A DNA stretch of 64,000 nucleotides from Callorhinchus milii (taxonomy: Eukaryota). Under the pieces are notes generated by a model, which worked only from the letters and a program-made list of their open reading frames with translations, made no database searches and was not told the origin of the DNA. Below are positions 60,921 to 64,000 of this stretch, in pieces. Location: positions 112,656,001 through 112,720,000 of the forward strand of contig NW_024704743.1 of NCBI RefSeq assembly GCF_018977255.1, written 5' to 3'. Every line of letters begins with the position of its first letter. Position 1 is the first letter of the stretch. The position numbers and the translations under genes are program-made.

Positions 60921-63900
60921 GCAAGGAAGAAGGGAAAGTATTACACAGAGACTCACTAAACCCAAAGTCAAACAAGAAAAATCATTATAAATCTCTTCAA
61001 TTCACCAATGAAATCTGGCTTCTTTCCCTCTACAGACAATGTTCTCTCTCTCACACACACACACACATACATAGCAACACAGTAATCATTCTGTCTCCTG
61101 GTGTTGTTGCTCATCTCACTCTGCACCTTAGTGAATAGATAAGACTGGGGTCTGGTGTGATACCACTTTCTCCACACCAGCTACTCACAGATTAAGACCC
61201 AAAGCAGCTGCATTTAATATGACATTCCTAATAAAGATAACTCTCTTCACTGATAGGAAAATATTCCTCTTAGGTATACAAGTACTCAGAACATGAATTC
61301 TTGGCAGAGGATTTTATACACCAGCATGGAACAAGTATGCATCAGCTTCAGGAACCACAGAACCTATTCAGCTACCAACCAGGATGGATCTTCTATAGGT
61401 CATTAGGTAGAGGCACAAGGACCAGCAGGGAAGGTTTCATGCTGGTTTTGTGCCATTCTCTGTACATTGGCACCATGATAATGGTTCCCCCAGATAGCCT
61501 TCATTGGTACCAGTGTAAAATAGAAGCATTCATTTCCCATTCAATTTCCACTTCCCTCTCACAGTATGATCATTTAAGTGCTGGAACACTGACTGCCTTG
61601 CTATCCTGTGTCTGTGTTATCTAAGTCTTTTTAACTGGGAGACAGGATGTTTTTGTGTAGATATTTCAACATAGACTTATTGATAAAAAGTTCATGACAT
61701 GGACTTGTGTACTGTACTGTGAATGTAATGCAGTCTTCTGATTTCATGAACTAAGTGCTTGCTTATTGGGTAAACAGTTCCCCACTGAAAAGAGGGGATA
61801 AAGTTATTTGGACCTTAATATAAATGATCTCAACAATTCATTTTGTTCAAGTAAAGCTAAAAAAGCGACAGTGTATTAGAACACAAAAAAATTATAAATA
61901 GTTTGGTCACTCAATCCACGACTGTTTGTGGGACACTGCTGTGTGCAATGGCTGCCGCGTTTCGCCCACAAAATATACAGTCACTTCACTTTACAGTATA
62001 TTCTGTTAAGCGCTTTGAGATGTCTCGAAGACGCAATAAGGCGCTATATCAAATGCAAGGATTAGTATTATATTGTAGTACAGTGAAGTAGAGTATTGAT
62101 GTATCAAGTAGATACCACTTTTTTTTCCAAGTGCTGGAATACATCATGAACCTTATACTTTCCAACCTGACCCAAGCTGTCAGGGACAGGTGCTAAATGT
62201 GTGAGGGACATTGTGAAGAGCATCAAAGTTAAAAGAAGGCAGGACTCTGACTTGGAGACACAAGACTGAAAAGAAGGCAAGGGGCTGAGGTAGCCGAGGT
62301 CCCGAAATATTAACCTATTTTATCTCTTGCAGGTGCTATAGATTTGGGCCATTTCTATATTGAATACATGTTCTTACTGACTTGTCACTCACGGTGCATC
62401 CCTGTGCTCGGATATCATTCCACCCTCCGGCAGTACGATTACACTTCTTATATTTATTTACATTTGAATTGTCTCTAAAGGTAAGCAGATAAATGCAATT
62501 TTGCTGCAACATGTTGCAGTCTGTAAGGCAACATGCACTTACAGGGAAGTGTGGTCACTGCCCCCATCTGACTCATCTTTTTCAGGTTTTTCCAGCAGAG
62601 CTGCCGATTCATAGCAATGACTGAGGCTGAATGAAAATCAGTTGCAGATAAGCTATAATCTCAATAGAGTGGTGGGCTCTATTTTGTGGATGAAAATCTA
62701 TTAAGCTATAAACTCAATAGAGTTTCGCCTACAAAATACAGTCAATCCACTTTACAATATGCAGTGAAGCGCTTTGAGACATTTTGTCGACGTCAAATGC
62801 AAGGATTATATTATTATTATATAGCTGGTTTGAAATAATGCAAATGCCCTTGGAAGTTGAGCACAGAACATGCTCTGACTTCAGTATTTTATTTTTGGTC
62901 AGCCGGGTGTCTGACACATGCTTAAGAGTATCAAAACCAAACTGAGAACTCCAAGTATGTATGTCACCTATGCATGAAAATTTCCATGTCTGGAATGAAA
63001 TGCACACTCTCTCCCACTCTTTTTATCTAATTCTGGAAAGTATTAAGTGCAGGTCAATAAGAGCCAAGGCTAAGGGATCTCAAAACCTAACGATTTTGCT
63101 GGTATTTAATTAGCAAAATGTGGTTTGCTTAAATTCAGCAAAAGTTTGGATTTGTGGTATTCGGACTTGTGATCACTACCCAATGAATCCTGCTGAAGGT
63201 TTACGTTTGTGAGCATCCGAGGATGAAATTTATTATTGTCTTCGTCTTGAGGCCATTGTTTTAAAATTTAAGATTGCGCATCATCTGGGAAATTGCTTAA
63301 ATACAGGCTTAATTTGGAGCCTGGTTTTCTGCAGTTCTTAAAAAGAAATGAACCTTTCCCATATCACAGTGTCTTTGCAGTCTTCACACATGATCAAAAG
63401 TATTAGAAATTTTTCACAGTCTAAACTAAACAAATACTGTAACATTAATAAAACCAGGGATAAGAGTGGAAACAAATTAATCTGTTTTTCAGGCATAAAT
63501 CCTGATTTCTACAACTGTAATTATGCAGATTAGAAAAATACATTTCTGATAGTTTTGCACATGAGAATGAGCGACTAAGTAAATATGTTAGTTTCTGAAT
63601 ATTTTTCATTTCTTCACCTGGAATGTTACATTTGTCACAAAGTCGTTCCCATTTCTGCCTCCACAAGTCATTGGACTGTAAATATCTCTTGGCTTTTGTT
63701 TTATTCAGTCAGGTCTACTCACATAAGTATTGTATAACACTGTGAATTATCTGTCTCGTATTTTAGACTACTGTTCTCATGCCCTACAGGAATTTACTGA
63801 GACTGTGCAACTGTCCCAATACTTGTCCCTAAAGTAGGGTAGAATTTATTTAGTATATGTTTGCAGTTACAATGAAGCACTGTACACTGTGCCAGCAAAC

Positions 63901-64000
63901 AAACTCATGTGATTTGCTTCATGCCTCCCTCTTCCCCGAAAGTCAACAGCAACTATAACAACAATGTACACTGATACAGCACCTTTCACATAGGCGATCA

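Noticed and set aside
62630..62722. Short local duplication (aagctataa.ctcaatagagt twice); similar case at 29225-29265
   Set aside because: Ordinary slippage or tandem micro-duplications with no further structure.
63493..63515. cctgatttctacaac, resembling the JPH PDFYQ exon end
   Set aside because: It lies downstream of the gene, the flanking codons do not match and there is no donor; a chance match.
1..64000. CRISPR array, prokaryotic operon or functional tRNA genes
   Set aside because: The sequence is vertebrate and has no regularly spaced repeats. The tRNA-like segments are SINE heads fused to SINE bodies.

Overview
Vertebrate genomic DNA. The repeat content (L2, CR1, Deu-domain SINEs, a palindromic Penelope-type element) suggests a cartilaginous fish, possibly a chimaera; this taxon call is inference. 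The only host gene I can support is the 3' end of a junctophilin most similar to JPH1, on the + strand. It comprises a large Pro-rich coding exon (15059-15720), a transmembrane/stop exon (18223-18319) and a probable non-coding last exon (~18502-20505). Positions 1-15058 are probably intron; positions beyond ~20.5 kb look like a repeat-rich gene desert. Repeats include many L2 fragments, one young 5'-truncated L2 copy with a near-intact RT ORF (31790-33862), CR1 fragments, two tRNA-derived SINE families sharing an L2-type tail, AmnSINE2-like relics and MITE-like hairpins. The most unusual items are: a candidate U2 snRNA-headed element (24163-24628, minus); a Penelope-type palindromic insertion with a decayed minimal hammerhead ribozyme and a 14-bp target-site duplication (29941-30154); an unclassified three-copy repeat; a diverged duplicate of a JPH 3' UTR segment; and a repeat-free motif cluster (MEF2/E-box/RFX) near 58.1-58.75 kb. 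Family assignments come from my recollection of consensus sequences, not database searches, and repeat boundaries are approximate.
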